Virus record (IMG/VR): IMGVR_UViG_3300042691_040495
Location: 1-64,000 of that record
Source: a virus
Length of the DNA: 64,000 nucleotides
Reading direction: 5' to 3' (one strand)
Shown: piece after piece, positions 10,517 through 21,224 of the stretch
Position numbering within the stretch: position 1 is the stretch's first letter
Layout: each line of letters begins with the position of its first letter
Translations under genes and position numbers: made by a program
The notes under the pieces: generated by a model
What the model was told of the DNA's origin: nothing
Database searches by the model: none
Seen by the model: the letters and a program-made list of their open reading frames with translations, nothing else

Positions 10517-11809
10517 TTATAAATTACCAGTAATTGGTTCGGCCCAACCGTTCTTTATGCTATGGGGCCAAACTATCCAGCTAGTAGGTAGTTTTTCAGT
10601 TTGGAACTCTCTCCATACTTTACAATACCCGTCTGGATCATTCTTCATAGAGAGTATCTCATTAGCATCTGCATCTTGTCTATACATATCCTCTCCTTTT
10701 TCATCCTTAAAAGCAACAGCCCAAAAATCATAATCGTTTTCTGGAACTTGATCATATTGAATATCTATACAGTGTTTAAATATTCTTAATAATTTACTAT
10801 CAAATTCTTCATCTGATAAGTTTGTTGTTTCTGGATCTGGTGGAGGTTTTCGGTCAATAACTCTTTTTTGAATTGCTCTTTTACCAAAACATAGTCCTGA
10901 ATATTTTTCATAATCTCTTAATGTTCTTATTGATCCAAATCCGTATCTTCCAAAATCTATATCTCTTTTCTCTCCATCCATTTCAAATAATTTACGATTT
11001 TTTAAATGACAATAATTATTTCTCTTAGCCCAATCTTTGTCATCATCCCATTGTTTTGTTCGCCCTTTTCTGGTATATTCATGCCAACATATAACTTTAT
11101 TAGGATGAAATAAATCATATCCCCATGTATATGCTCTAACAGCTATGCTTATTTCCTCTCCATGAAAATAATATTCTGGATCATGAGGGACTTCTATGCT
11201 AAATTCTCCTAGAGTAAAAGCAAAATGAGCACTATAAAATCTTGCAGGCAGAGGTTTTGTGATATCATCATGAGGTTCATATGATGCAGGAAGGAAGAAC
11301 ACGGCGCCTTCTGGTATGAATCTATCAAAATTCATTTTCCATGGTTCGTTTATTCTTGCTCCGGGATCATTGTCAGGGTCGAAACTGGGAATATATCCTG
11401 TCAGTAATGGTTTTTTATATCCATCTTTTTGTAAGTCTTTTAACATATTAATTAATTCAGTATCCCAATGCGGGACAAATCTATGATGACTATCTAATTG
11501 TAAAGTATATTTTTCACCATCATATAATGATTGAACACTATTTCTGGCCCAACAAACTCCTTTACTATCCAAATAGTTAACATCTAGTATTCTGAATCTT
11601 GGGTCATTTTTAAATTCTTCTAAATTGTCCCACTCATCTTTGTCACAATGCTGCCAGCATATTCCGAATCTTAGTAGTTCTGGATGGTCAGCTTTATCTA
11701 TCATGTCTTTAAGAGTTGGCAATAATTGAGGATCTCTGTAAGAAGCTATTTGAACAAAAATTGTATTCTTACGATCCTTCTTAATTTTCTCTTCTTTCTT
11801 GCGCTTCAT
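10517..11809 (-). CDS. GlcNAc-transferase, Gnt1/GT60-like (protein O-glycosylation family)
   Basis: IFVQIASYRD, GVCWAR, LQLDSHHRF, FHGEE. Confidence 0.85.
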   Translation of the reverse strand: MKRKKEEKIKKDRKNTIFVQIASYRDPQLLPTLKDMIDKADHPELLRFGICWQHCDKDEWDNLEEFKNDPRFRILDVNYLDSKGVCWARNSVQSLYDGEKYTLQLDSHHRFVPHWDTELINMLKDLQKDGYKKPLLTGYIPSFDPDNDPGARINEPWKMNFDRFIPEGAVFFLPASYEPHDDITKPLPARFYSAHFAFTLGEFSIEVPHDPEYYFHGEEISIAVRAYTWGYDLFHPNKVICWHEYTRKGRTKQWDDDKDWAKRNNYCHLKNRKLFEMDGEKRDIDFGRYGFGSIRTLRDYEKYSGLCFGKRAIQKRVIDRKPPPDPETTNLSDEEFDSKLLRIFKHCIDIQYDQVPENDYDFWAVAFKDEKGEDMYRQDADANEILSMKNDPDGYCKVWREFQTEKLPTSWIVWPHSIKNGWAEPITGNL

Positions 11810-13433
11810 AAAAATGTACTCTGTTATGGGTTATAGGACTAGATAATAGTATTGCTGAACGAACTTTTTCTTCAACTGTTAAAGTATATATATGACTCAT
11901 CCATGTTTGTTCAAATGGATTCTCCCATTTTGTATCTAAAAACAGCTTTTGATTACCTTCTTGATCTATAATATGAGGCCAATTACAATAGTAAACTTCC
12001 CCTTCAGCATAAGGATTACCATTATAAGATTTTATATGATGAAATTTTGTTGATGGTTTTTTATTGCCTCTTCCAAAAAATTTCATTCTTTTTTCTGATG
12101 GAACATTATGCCAACTCCATTGATCAGAATTATTGCCATAAAATTCACTAAAACTTAATTTCAAAAAATCATAATATTCATTATCCATTATTCTTATGGC
12201 AACATTAAAAAGACCATCTACTTTTTTATTAAAACCAAACGAGCATCTATTATCAAAATCTAGAAGCATATCATCTTCAAAAAAGAACATGTATTTTGAA
12301 CCAGTATCTGCAAAATGTTCAGCTGCTATTTGTCTTGAACGACAAATTCCCTTGTTGCCGTGTCTAATTTCTTCAAAGTTATATTTTTTGGTTATAACAT
12401 CGTATTTTTCAAACAGTTCTGGTTTCGTTGTATTATTAAGCAAAATTTTTCTTGTTTTATTTAAGAAATTATTGTCATATTTTTCAAAACTATCCAAAAC
12501 CATTTGTAGTTGTTCTGGAGAATTAAATGCATTAATATACAAAAGTATATCATTATTGGTATGTTTTTTCCTTTTGGGTTTACCAACATCCTGAACTATG
12601 GTTATGTTATTTTTTACTTTTTCGAAGAATGTAGACAGCAATCCATTATCTTCTATCATTTCAAATTTAAATACATCAGTATCTAAATATGTCATTATTG
12701 TAAAAATGCTTTCTTCTGTTCCCATTAAGCCAGAATTAAGAGTATCATTTAGTAATGAATAATATAATTCATTTGCTTTTGATATATAATCTATATGACC
12801 ACCAAAAAATCCACCTCTAGCAACCCTGTTAACACTGTCGCTATGACAGTACTCTTTCATTTTATCTATTTTGAATCCGTGTATCTCTGAGTTGGTTTCA
12901 TATGGAAAACATATAAATAAAAATTTATCAACAATACTTTCTATTTTTTCTATTACATTATCATGACTAAAATATCCAGGATGCACAGTATTTGCTATCC
13001 CTCCATCCAACCAAAATAAATATTCTGTATTAAATGGGTTAAAACATTTTGCATTATGCAGAAAGAACATCTTGCTCATAACCATAGGGTTGTAAAGTTC
13101 CATTCTGCACTGTGTGCTATCTTTTAACCATCCTACTTGATTTTGCCATTCATCATTAAGTCTTATTTTCTGTACATTATCAAAAAATGGGAAGAAAGAC
13201 CCTTTAAATTGGTCTTTAGAATGATGGTAAACCACAGTATTGGATTTTTCTCTGTGTTCCCAAACTATATGTTCGTGTTCTTTGTCTATAAATACTATTA
13301 AGGGTATATCTTTTAGGGATTTGAGCAGTACAATAAAGTTATCAACATAATGCTGAAACGATCTTCCCCATCCTTCTGATAGATTATCCCTACCAAGATC
13401 CCATATACCGGTCACAATAGTAGAGTTTATCAT
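11781..13433 (-). CDS. HtrL/YibB-like glycosyltransferase fused to a second GT-A domain
   Basis: TIVTGIWDLGR, SKMFFL, FWLDGG, GGFFGG, GTEES; second domain FFEDD. Likely start MINST at 13433. Confidence 0.75.
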   Translation of the reverse strand: MINSTIVTGIWDLGRDNLSEGWGRSFQHYVDNFIVLLKSLKDIPLIVFIDKEHEHIVWEHREKSNTVVYHHSKDQFKGSFFPFFDNVQKIRLNDEWQNQVGWLKDSTQCRMELYNPMVMSKMFFLHNAKCFNPFNTEYLFWLDGGIANTVHPGYFSHDNVIEKIESIVDKFLFICFPYETNSEIHGFKIDKMKEYCHSDSVNRVARGGFFGGHIDYISKANELYYSLLNDTLNSGLMGTEESIFTIMTYLDTDVFKFEMIEDNGLLSTFFEKVKNNITIVQDVGKPKRKKHTNNDILLYINAFNSPEQLQMVLDSFEKYDNNFLNKTRKILLNNTTKPELFEKYDVITKKYNFEEIRHGNKGICRSRQIAAEHFADTGSKYMFFFEDDMLLDFDNRCSFGFNKKVDGLFNVAIRIMDNEYYDFLKLSFSEFYGNNSDQWSWHNVPSEKRMKFFGRGNKKPSTKFHHIKSYNGNPYAEGEVYYCNWPHIIDQEGNQKLFLDTKWENPFEQTWMSHIYTLTVEEKVRSAILLSSPITHNRVHFYEAQERREN

Positions 13434-13528
13434 AGTTAAGTATGTATTATAGTAATATCCGCCCGCTCTGCATAATATATAATCAGAAATTAGCCTATCG
13501 TCAAGACAAAAAAATCTTATCAAAGTGG

Positions 13529-13556
13529 TTGACAGTCCTTTGATCTTTCCTATAAT
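13529..13556 (+). promoter_or_regulatory. Sigma70-type promoter
   Basis: TTGACA-N16-TATAAT in the divergent intergenic region. Confidence 0.85.
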
Positions 13557-13589
13557 AACGTTGTATGGGCCGATAACCAGAGATTTGAA

Positions 13590-13781
13590 ATGAGAAATTT
13601 AGACGATAATAACGATAAAAAACCAGAAAGAAGGCAGAAAGTCAAAAAACAGCACATTAAAAAGAATATGCTTGATGATGAGCTGATAAATAAGAACAAT
13701 GCCAAGAAAGAAATAAAAAAACTCAAAGAGAGTTTTGATGACGAAGAGTGGGAAAACTGGGATAGATTTTACAATCATTAA
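13590..13781 (+). CDS. Small charged hypothetical protein
   Basis: First ORF after the promoter. Confidence 0.65.
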   Translation: MRNLDDNNDKKPERRQKVKKQHIKKNMLDDELINKNNAKKEIKKLKESFDDEEWENWDRFYNH

Positions 13782-13785
13782 TTAT

Positions 13786-14037
13786 ATGAAATATTTAGAA
13801 GAAATATCTATTGGTGATTGTTTTGTTCTATCTGGTAATTATTTTATATTAACAACCGACTTTAAAAAAAATGGTGATAAATTAGCAGTATGTTTATCTG
13901 ATGGTTCATCCAAATGGATTAAATCTAATGATATGATTGATCCTATTGATATATTTACATTAGATAAAGATAATAACATTATAGCAATAAGAGAGAGAGA
14001 AAAAAATGCTGCTAATACGAATACAAACATTTCTTAA
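13786..14037 (+). CDS. Hypothetical protein
   Basis: Operon packing; likely start MKYLEE at 13786. Confidence 0.65.
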   Translation: MKYLEEISIGDCFVLSGNYFILTTDFKKNGDKLAVCLSDGSSKWIKSNDMIDPIDIFTLDKDNNIIAIREREKNAANTNTNIS

Positions 14038-14257
14038 GTCATTATTCTTTCATGTGTGGAACGGATTTCCCAAAACTACACAGTCTGAAATTTTAGATAG
14101 ATATTCTATATGTATAGAATGCTCTGATTTTAACAGAGAAAAATCTGAATGCAATATATGTGGTTGTGCCATTAGCAAAAAAAGTAAATTCCTTAACAAA
14201 TTGGCATGGGCGGATCAAGAATGTCCTGCTGGAAAATGGTCAAAAATTATTAGGTGA
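14006..14257 (+). CDS. Small Cys-rich metal-binding protein (DUF6171-like)
   Basis: RYSICIEC...CNICGC...CPAGKW. Confidence 0.7.
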   Translation: MLLIRIQTFLKSLFFHVWNGFPKTTQSEILDRYSICIECSDFNREKSECNICGCAISKKSKFLNKLAWADQECPAGKWSKIIR

Positions 14258-14260
14258 ATT

Positions 14261-14833
14261 ATGACAAGTAAAATAATCAACAAAAAAAATAATCATAATA
14301 ATATAGTATATTCTAATAATGATTTATTTGAAATGATTAGAAATAGAGTAAGTTCAGGAAACGAAGGCGCAACTGTGTTTGTTCCACATGTTTGTAATAA
14401 TATAGACTTATTCGGTGCCGGATTTGCATCACAAGTAGCCATAAAATATCCAATAGTAAAAGAAAATTATCATCTATTAGGTAAAAGTTTTCTGAAAACA
14501 AATCTTGGTTATTCTCAAATTGTTAAAGTTTATGAAAATGATAAATATAGACATAAATTATGTTTTGTAAATATGATAGGACAAAATGGAGTAAAAAGTA
14601 TCACAAATACCAGACCACTAAATTATTTAGCTCTGGTTAAAGCTATGAACTCTTTATCTCAACATATACATACAAATACCGGGTTTTTGAATAAAAGTGA
14701 AAAAATAGAGATTCATTGTCCAAAATTCGGGAGCGGACTCGCTGGAGGAAACTGGGATTTTATAACAGATATTATAGAGGATGTTTGGGGCAAATTTTTT
14801 GTAACAGTATATAATTATCCGCCCAAAAAATAA
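14261..14833 (+). CDS. Macro domain protein (ADP-ribose processing, Poa1p/DarG-like)
   Basis: HVCNNIDLFGAGFA and PKFGSGLAGGNW loops. Confidence 0.88.
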   Translation: MTSKIINKKNNHNNIVYSNNDLFEMIRNRVSSGNEGATVFVPHVCNNIDLFGAGFASQVAIKYPIVKENYHLLGKSFLKTNLGYSQIVKVYENDKYRHKLCFVNMIGQNGVKSITNTRPLNYLALVKAMNSLSQHIHTNTGFLNKSEKIEIHCPKFGSGLAGGNWDFITDIIEDVWGKFFVTVYNYPPKK

Positions 14834-14837
14834 TACT

Positions 14838-15485
14838 ATGAGAAAAGTTATTAGTTTTAGTTTGTGGGGAGATAACCCTAAATATACTTTTGGAGCTATT
14901 AGAAATGCAGAATTGTTACATCAAATATACCCAGGATGGGAAGCATATTTCTTTCTAGGATCAACTGTTCCAGAAGCTATTTGGAAAAATCTATTACTAA
15001 TTCCAAATATAACTGTCTTTTATAAAGACTCGCCCGGAGATTGGAGTTCCATGTTTTGGAGATTTGAAACGTGCTATGATCCTGGTGTTGATATTTCAAT
15101 TTTTAGAGATACAGATTCTAGAATCTCAATGAGAGAAAAATACGCAGTCGATGAATGGCTAGAATCTGATAAAACTTTTCATATCATGAGAGATCATCCT
15201 CATCATGGATTTCCTATTCTCGGTGGAATGTGGGGATATAAATCTAATAATAAATATCCAATGAAAAAACTATTAGAAACTTTTCAAAGAAAAGATAAGT
15301 ATGGTACAGACTATGAATTTTTCTATAACTCATTGTATCCATTAATAAAAAATGATAAAATAGTTCATGATCCATTTTTCGATAATATTCCTTTTCCAAC
15401 TGAGAGGATAGACAAAGAATTTGTTGGGGATGTATTCGATGAACAGGATAATAGACATCCTGATTATTGGAAATATATACCATGA
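14838..15485 (+). CDS. Putative GT-A glycosyltransferase
   Basis: ISFSLWG, FWRF, FRDTDSR (DxD), IMRDHPHH, ILGGMWG. Confidence 0.65.
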   Translation: MRKVISFSLWGDNPKYTFGAIRNAELLHQIYPGWEAYFFLGSTVPEAIWKNLLLIPNITVFYKDSPGDWSSMFWRFETCYDPGVDISIFRDTDSRISMREKYAVDEWLESDKTFHIMRDHPHHGFPILGGMWGYKSNNKYPMKKLLETFQRKDKYGTDYEFFYNSLYPLIKNDKIVHDPFFDNIPFPTERIDKEFVGDVFDEQDNRHPDYWKYIP

Positions 15486-16261
15486 TAAAAAATTATGGAT
15501 TTAATACTTTTGTAACCAAAAATTGGCTACCTTTAGCAGAAATATTGGTTGATTCGATTGTATCTTTTAGCAAGTACAAGATCACCGTTAACTGTATTAA
15601 TTTTGAGCATAACTTTAATCATGATCGGGTTGTTAGCAAAACCACAAATATAGATAATTTAAACTTTTATTCTATATGTATGATAAAATGGATGTCTCTT
15701 TTAGATAATCCTTACGATATATGTGCAATATTAGATTCTGATATGGTTGCTACTAAAGAGATAGATAATCTATTTTATGATAATGAAGATAAGATTAAAA
15801 ATTGCAAATTTCCACTATTGGCAAAACACCCGCACAACCCTTTTTCCAATCCTATTCATGCTGAGAATCTAAAAAATTTGTGTTCTTTATTTTCCCCAAA
15901 TATACCAAAAATGAATTGGGTATACGCATGTGGATTAATATCTCAACATCATAAAAATTTCATATCAGAATTAGTAAATAATATATCTTATTTTCATAAA
16001 CGAGGTATACAAACATACATAGAAGATGAAGGTATTTTAAATGCGCTACTAAATAAATATGAAGTTTCTGAAGACTTGGGATATAACCATATTCCCAATT
16101 CTACACTAATAAATGCATATATTAATAACGATATGGAAGATACCGAATTATATGATAGTTATTTAAAAAACTCCTGTCCTGTAAAATTTTATTTATTACA
16201 TGGATGTAAAAATCCCTTGATAGCAAAATCTCTACTACAACAAATAAAAAATAAAACATGA
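15482..16261 (+). CDS. Putative GT-A glycosyltransferase (GT8-like)
   Basis: ILDSDMV, DEGILN, LHGCK. Confidence 0.65.
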   Translation: MIKNYGFNTFVTKNWLPLAEILVDSIVSFSKYKITVNCINFEHNFNHDRVVSKTTNIDNLNFYSICMIKWMSLLDNPYDICAILDSDMVATKEIDNLFYDNEDKIKNCKFPLLAKHPHNPFSNPIHAENLKNLCSLFSPNIPKMNWVYACGLISQHHKNFISELVNNISYFHKRGIQTYIEDEGILNALLNKYEVSEDLGYNHIPNSTLINAYINNDMEDTELYDSYLKNSCPVKFYLLHGCKNPLIAKSLLQQIKNKT

Positions 16262-16920
16262 TTATTCATCATCATCTAGGTTTGGGCGATCATTTTGTAT
16301 GTAATGGTTTGGTGAACTTTGTTGCCAAATATAGTCAAGAGTCTATAGATTTAGTATGTAAAAAGCATAATGAGCCTACTGTTAGTTCTTTATATTCTGA
16401 TAATCCCAATATTAATGTTATTCCTTTAAATATAAATTCACACAATGAAATAACTGAAATCAATAACTATGCATTTAAAACAAATCAAAAAATTCTTAGG
16501 GTAGGATTTGAGCATACTGATCCAAAAAATTGGGATAAGTCGTTCTATAAACAACTTGGTATTGATTTCTTAGAAAGGTATAGATTTTTTAAATTACCAA
16601 GAATCAAATCACAAAATATGCTACCAATTCCTGACAACAAATTTATTTTTGTTCATAATCAAAGTAGTGATCATATATTTAATCTTAATATAGAAACAAA
16701 ATTAAGTACAGTATTTGTTAAAAAAGAAGATACAAATGATTTATTATGCTATATTGATTTAATACAAAATGCTAATGAAATTCATTGTATTAATAGTTCA
16801 TTATTCCATCTGATAGATAGCATACCTAATATAACAAATAATTTATATTATCATAATGTTAGAAAACATCCATGTAATTTTCAAGTATCACCTAAATGGA
16901 GTATAATAGAGTATGTCTGA
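16258..16920 (+). CDS. Putative GT-B glycosyltransferase
   Basis: LGLGDH at the N-terminus; IHCINSSLFHL as in GT9-like proteins. Confidence 0.55.
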   Translation: MIIHHHLGLGDHFVCNGLVNFVAKYSQESIDLVCKKHNEPTVSSLYSDNPNINVIPLNINSHNEITEINNYAFKTNQKILRVGFEHTDPKNWDKSFYKQLGIDFLERYRFFKLPRIKSQNMLPIPDNKFIFVHNQSSDHIFNLNIETKLSTVFVKKEDTNDLLCYIDLIQNANEIHCINSSLFHLIDSIPNITNNLYYHNVRKHPCNFQVSPKWSIIEYV

Positions 16921-17296
16921 AAAAATACCAATTTCTAATGGAGAATTATTAGATAAATTTTCTATATTAGAATTAAAATACAATAAAATTATAGATCCAG
17001 ATAAAATAAACAATATAAAAAATGAAATATCTTATTTAAGAGATATTTGTTATAATATCATTAATAGCTATAATATAACTAATCTTTATTACGAATTAAA
17101 ACAAGTCAATGAAGTATTATGGAACATAGAAGATAATATTAGAATAAAAGAAAATAAACAAGAATTTGATAATGAATTTATAGAGTTAGCTAGAAATGTA
17201 TACAAAACTAATGATAAACGAGCAAATATTAAAAAAACAATAAATGAAATATCAGGTTCAGAGATCATAGAAGAAAAATCCTATGAAAAATATTGA
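16913..17296 (+). CDS. DUF6165-like helical protein
   Basis: ISNGELLDKFSILE, LWNIED, ARNVYKTNDKR. Confidence 0.75.
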   Translation: MSEKIPISNGELLDKFSILELKYNKIIDPDKINNIKNEISYLRDICYNIINSYNITNLYYELKQVNEVLWNIEDNIRIKENKQEFDNEFIELARNVYKTNDKRANIKKTINEISGSEIIEEKSYEKY

Positions 17297-18071
17297 TTAT
17301 ATAGAATTGAATAAATTATCACATCTTCATGATGAAGAAAATATCTTTTTTTGTAAAACAGATTATATCTTAGAAGATTTCAAAAAAATACAAAAAATAA
17401 ACCATTCAGTAATATTAATTACAGGTAATTCTGATTATGCAATTACTGATGAGATAATATCTTTAGCTCCTGATAATATTGTTGCATGGTATGCACAAAA
17501 CGCAGTATCTAATTCCAAAATTCTGCATCCCTTGCCGATAGGACTAGAAAATAAACTACCGTCAGTCAGACAAGGCCACGGTATAGGATATTTTGACAGA
17601 GCATCTGAAAAAGAAAATTTGCTTAATAAAAATGATATATCTAATTTGGGTACTAAATTTATTTATGCTAATTTTAATCTTAATACTAACTATAATTATA
17701 GATCAATAGTTAAACAATATTGCATTCAATCATCTTTTATTGATTGGCAAGAACCTCATTTAACCTTAGCAGATTTTTTTAACACAATACAAGATTATCA
17801 GATGGTAGTTTGCCCAATAGGAAACGGAATAGATACACATCGATTATGGGAAGTCTTATATAGTAATAGAGTTCCTATTACCATAATTCCTGGAGACTTC
17901 AAAATATATCAACTATATAAAAAATTACCAATAATTCTATTACAAGATATTAATCAATTACTTGATAAAAATTTTATAATACAAGAATATGATAGATGTT
18001 TATCTATGGTTTGGGACAAATCATTATTAGATATAAATTCATGGATTAAAATTATTCAAAATAAAGATTAA
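17283..18071 (+). CDS. Exostosin-like (GT47) glycosyltransferase
   Basis: CPIGNGIDTHRLWEVLYSNRVP. Confidence 0.7.
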   Translation: MKNIDYIELNKLSHLHDEENIFFCKTDYILEDFKKIQKINHSVILITGNSDYAITDEIISLAPDNIVAWYAQNAVSNSKILHPLPIGLENKLPSVRQGHGIGYFDRASEKENLLNKNDISNLGTKFIYANFNLNTNYNYRSIVKQYCIQSSFIDWQEPHLTLADFFNTIQDYQMVVCPIGNGIDTHRLWEVLYSNRVPITIIPGDFKIYQLYKKLPIILLQDINQLLDKNFIIQEYDRCLSMVWDKSLLDINSWIKIIQNKD

Positions 18072-18074
18072 TAT

Positions 18075-18920
18075 ATGAGTAAAAAAATACTAATATTAGG
18101 CAATGGTTTTATTGGTAAAAATCTATATACGTATTTTATTTCTAAATATAATACAACTATTACTAGTAAAAAAGATATAGACATCACCAATATTGAGTCT
18201 GTAAAATATTATCTAAATAATAAAAATTTTGACTATGTTATTTATGCCATAGGAATAAAAGATATTACAGAATGTGAAAAATATCCTGATAAAGCATATT
18301 CTATTAACTCTAATGGCGTTGCTAATGTTATCAAACATTTAAATAGAACTACCAAATTTATTTATATATCTACAGATTATGTATTCGATGGTAATATTGG
18401 TGGATATTCAGAAAATTCCATATCTTTACCATCAACAGCTTATGGACAATCAAAACTTGTAGGCGAACAATACGCACTTCAGCACAATAATTCTATTGTA
18501 GTCAGAACATCCGGCGTATATGGAGAAAATTGTCTTTGGCTTAAAAATTTATTAATTTCTCTATCAGAAAAGAAAGAAACTGTGTGTTTTTCTGATGTAT
18601 ACAACACTCCAACATATGCTATCAATTTGGCAGAAATGATTGACGATATTATTAATACTACTTTTCTAGGAGTTATCCATTTAAGTGGAAACACAAGAAA
18701 TAATAGATATGAACTATATTCGTCTGTGGCTACTATATTTGAGAGAGATCGTTCTCTTTTATCTAGCGGAATATCAAATGGTAAATTCCCTAAAGATATT
18801 TCATTAAATAATAGTTTATATAAACAAATAACTAAAAAAATACCAGATACTGTAATTAATGGACTTACAAGACTAAAAAATGAACATCAACATATTGATC
18901 CCATCAACATCGTCAATTAA
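18075..18920 (+). CDS. rmlD: dTDP-4-dehydrorhamnose reductase
   Basis: GNGFIG, ISTDYVFDG, YGQSK, VRTSGVYG. Confidence 0.88.
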   Translation: MSKKILILGNGFIGKNLYTYFISKYNTTITSKKDIDITNIESVKYYLNNKNFDYVIYAIGIKDITECEKYPDKAYSINSNGVANVIKHLNRTTKFIYISTDYVFDGNIGGYSENSISLPSTAYGQSKLVGEQYALQHNNSIVVRTSGVYGENCLWLKNLLISLSEKKETVCFSDVYNTPTYAINLAEMIDDIINTTFLGVIHLSGNTRNNRYELYSSVATIFERDRSLLSSGISNGKFPKDISLNNSLYKQITKKIPDTVINGLTRLKNEHQHIDPINIVN

Positions 18921-19773
18921 TACCGTAAATAATGGAGCAAACGTTCAAGGTGACGAACTAGTTGCTCGATCATGGGCAAAATATTTGCAACAAGACACAA
19001 GAGTTTCTAGCGTTGATATCAATGGATTTGGCATATATGATGTTTCTATATCCTTTAGTCCATTAGTAAATCACCAAATGGTAGGATACAAAATATTATA
19101 TCTACAAAATGTTTTTCCGAAGCCCGCTTGGCCGGGTACTATTGAAGTGTATCATAAAATAAAACATAAATATGACAACTTTATATTTCCATCTGAAGGA
19201 TTGATGAATAACTGTGGTGAAGGACTTGTGTGTCAATTCGCTGTTGATCCTGATTTATTTTTTCCTAAACCTATAGATAATAATTTATCTCATAATTTAT
19301 GTTTTGTAGGTAATAATATTAGAGATCAACAAACATCAGAAAAATATTTATTATGCGCTAAAGATAAAGGATTGACCATATATGGTAATCCAGCAGGATG
19401 GAACTCTCCATTATGCAAAGGCAAAATAAGCATAGATGATGAAGCCACCCTGTATTCTTCTTCAAAAATATGTTTAAACGCTCACCTTACCGAACACCTA
19501 GATTATGGTTCGTATAATTTTCGTATCTTCAATATTTTAGCATGTAAAGGATTTATTATTTCTGATAGATCTCAATTTCTGGAAACAGAATTTAAAAATT
19601 GTATGGAATTTACAGATGGAAATGATGATCTTCTTTCAAAGATTGATTATTATCTAAATCATCCAGAAGAGACGAATAAATACAGAGAATATGGATATAA
19701 TCATGTTTTATCTAAACATACTTTCAAACACAGAATGTCAGATCTGTTAAACTGGCTAGGAACAAAATTATGA
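18880..19773 (+). CDS. CgeB-like GT-B glycosyltransferase
   Basis: YSSSKICLN, NFRIFNILACKG, HTFKHRM. Confidence 0.85.
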   Translation: MNINILIPSTSSINTVNNGANVQGDELVARSWAKYLQQDTRVSSVDINGFGIYDVSISFSPLVNHQMVGYKILYLQNVFPKPAWPGTIEVYHKIKHKYDNFIFPSEGLMNNCGEGLVCQFAVDPDLFFPKPIDNNLSHNLCFVGNNIRDQQTSEKYLLCAKDKGLTIYGNPAGWNSPLCKGKISIDDEATLYSSSKICLNAHLTEHLDYGSYNFRIFNILACKGFIISDRSQFLETEFKNCMEFTDGNDDLLSKIDYYLNHPEETNKYREYGYNHVLSKHTFKHRMSDLLNWLGTKL

Positions 19774-21149
19774 AAATACTATTTGCAAATATACCAAATG
19801 TAAAATATGTTAATGGACAGATCCACACTGGACCAAATGCCGGATCACGATGGCCTTGGACCAATCCCGGAGGACATTTTCATGGATATGCTCCTTTCCC
19901 CTTTTGGTTAGGATATGCTGCAAAATATGTGCAACATCATGGTTTTGAAACGTATTTTTATGATGGTGTTGCATTAAAACATTCTGATTTAGAAGTTACC
20001 AAAAAAGTTATTTATGACTTAAAACCAGATATAATTTTTTATGATATATCTACGCCAACTTTTAAACTAAACAATGATATAGCATTATGGTTTAAACAAA
20101 ATATCGGATGTCGAAATGTATATTGTGGACCCCATATGAAAACCTATGCCAATGAATGTATAGAGTTAGATCATGTTGATCATTGCATTGTTGGAGAATA
20201 CGACATACCAGCATTGGATATTTGTCAAAAATTAGACAATGCCAAAGATATCTATAGATTTGAACATCTATCAAATATAGATACTTTACCTAATGGAGAT
20301 AATTTTTTACCATATAGACCATTAGATTATATACAAAACTATTATGAACCAACAATGAACACTCCTATGATACAATTAACAGTGAGTGCTTCTCGTGGAT
20401 GTCCATTTAAATGTACATATTGTCAATGGCCAAATGTTATTAATAATGGTAAATATAGAGCACGATCAGCAGAAATGGTTATTGATGAAATACAACAAAT
20501 GAAAAACATTTTGGGAGATGATCTTCGTAGTATACTCTTTGATGATGATACATGGAATCTTGGACATAATAGAATATCTAAAATTTGTGATGGACTTAAA
20601 AATTTTAATATGCCATGGACAATGATGGGCAGAATAGATACAAGTAAGCCTGAACTATATGATAAAATGGTAGACTCTGGTTGTGTTGGAATGAGATTTG
20701 GAATCGAAACATTTAATCAGGAACTATCTGATAATGTTAAAAAACATATGAATACTAAAACCGCTTACGATAACTTAAAATACTTAGTTACTAGATTTTC
20801 AAATATGGAATTTCATTTTACTACTATGAAAAATTTTCCAGGAGAAAAAGCAGGATCATGGGAGAAAGATCAAGAAATTTTAAAAGATCTTCAAGCAATT
20901 GGTAGACAGAATAACAATACTGTTCATTGGCAAATTAGTGATTGCATACCTTTTCCTGGAACAGAATTGTGGGAAGAATTAGTAGAACTTGGACATGGAG
21001 ATACTTTGAAGAATTTTAGTTTATATGATGGTAGTCCAGAACATAATGGAGCATTGGAAAAAACTGTTGGTTGGTTAGGAGAAAATTATAAACCAAAATA
21101 TTCAGAATATTCCAAAGATGGAACTCCAACAAACTTTCCTAAGGAATAA
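19770..21149 (+). CDS. B12-binding radical SAM enzyme (class B methyltransferase-like)
   Basis: SRGCPFKCTYC (CxxxCxxC), FDDD, GIET, PFPGT; N-terminal cobalamin-binding-like domain. Confidence 0.9.
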   Translation: MKILFANIPNVKYVNGQIHTGPNAGSRWPWTNPGGHFHGYAPFPFWLGYAAKYVQHHGFETYFYDGVALKHSDLEVTKKVIYDLKPDIIFYDISTPTFKLNNDIALWFKQNIGCRNVYCGPHMKTYANECIELDHVDHCIVGEYDIPALDICQKLDNAKDIYRFEHLSNIDTLPNGDNFLPYRPLDYIQNYYEPTMNTPMIQLTVSASRGCPFKCTYCQWPNVINNGKYRARSAEMVIDEIQQMKNILGDDLRSILFDDDTWNLGHNRISKICDGLKNFNMPWTMMGRIDTSKPELYDKMVDSGCVGMRFGIETFNQELSDNVKKHMNTKTAYDNLKYLVTRFSNMEFHFTTMKNFPGEKAGSWEKDQEILKDLQAIGRQNNNTVHWQISDCIPFPGTELWEELVELGHGDTLKNFSLYDGSPEHNGALEKTVGWLGENYKPKYSEYSKDGTPTNFPKE

Positions 21150-21224
21150 TTATAATGCTAGCATTAACAATGCAACAAAGTGCTGAGTGGATAGAATCTA
21201 TCATATTACAAAGGAATAAAAAAT

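Noticed and set aside
13448-13463. Minus-strand GCGGATATTACTATA as a GGTGTAT motif copy
   Set aside because: It has multiple mismatches in the core. It is a plausible promoter for the island but cannot be supported.
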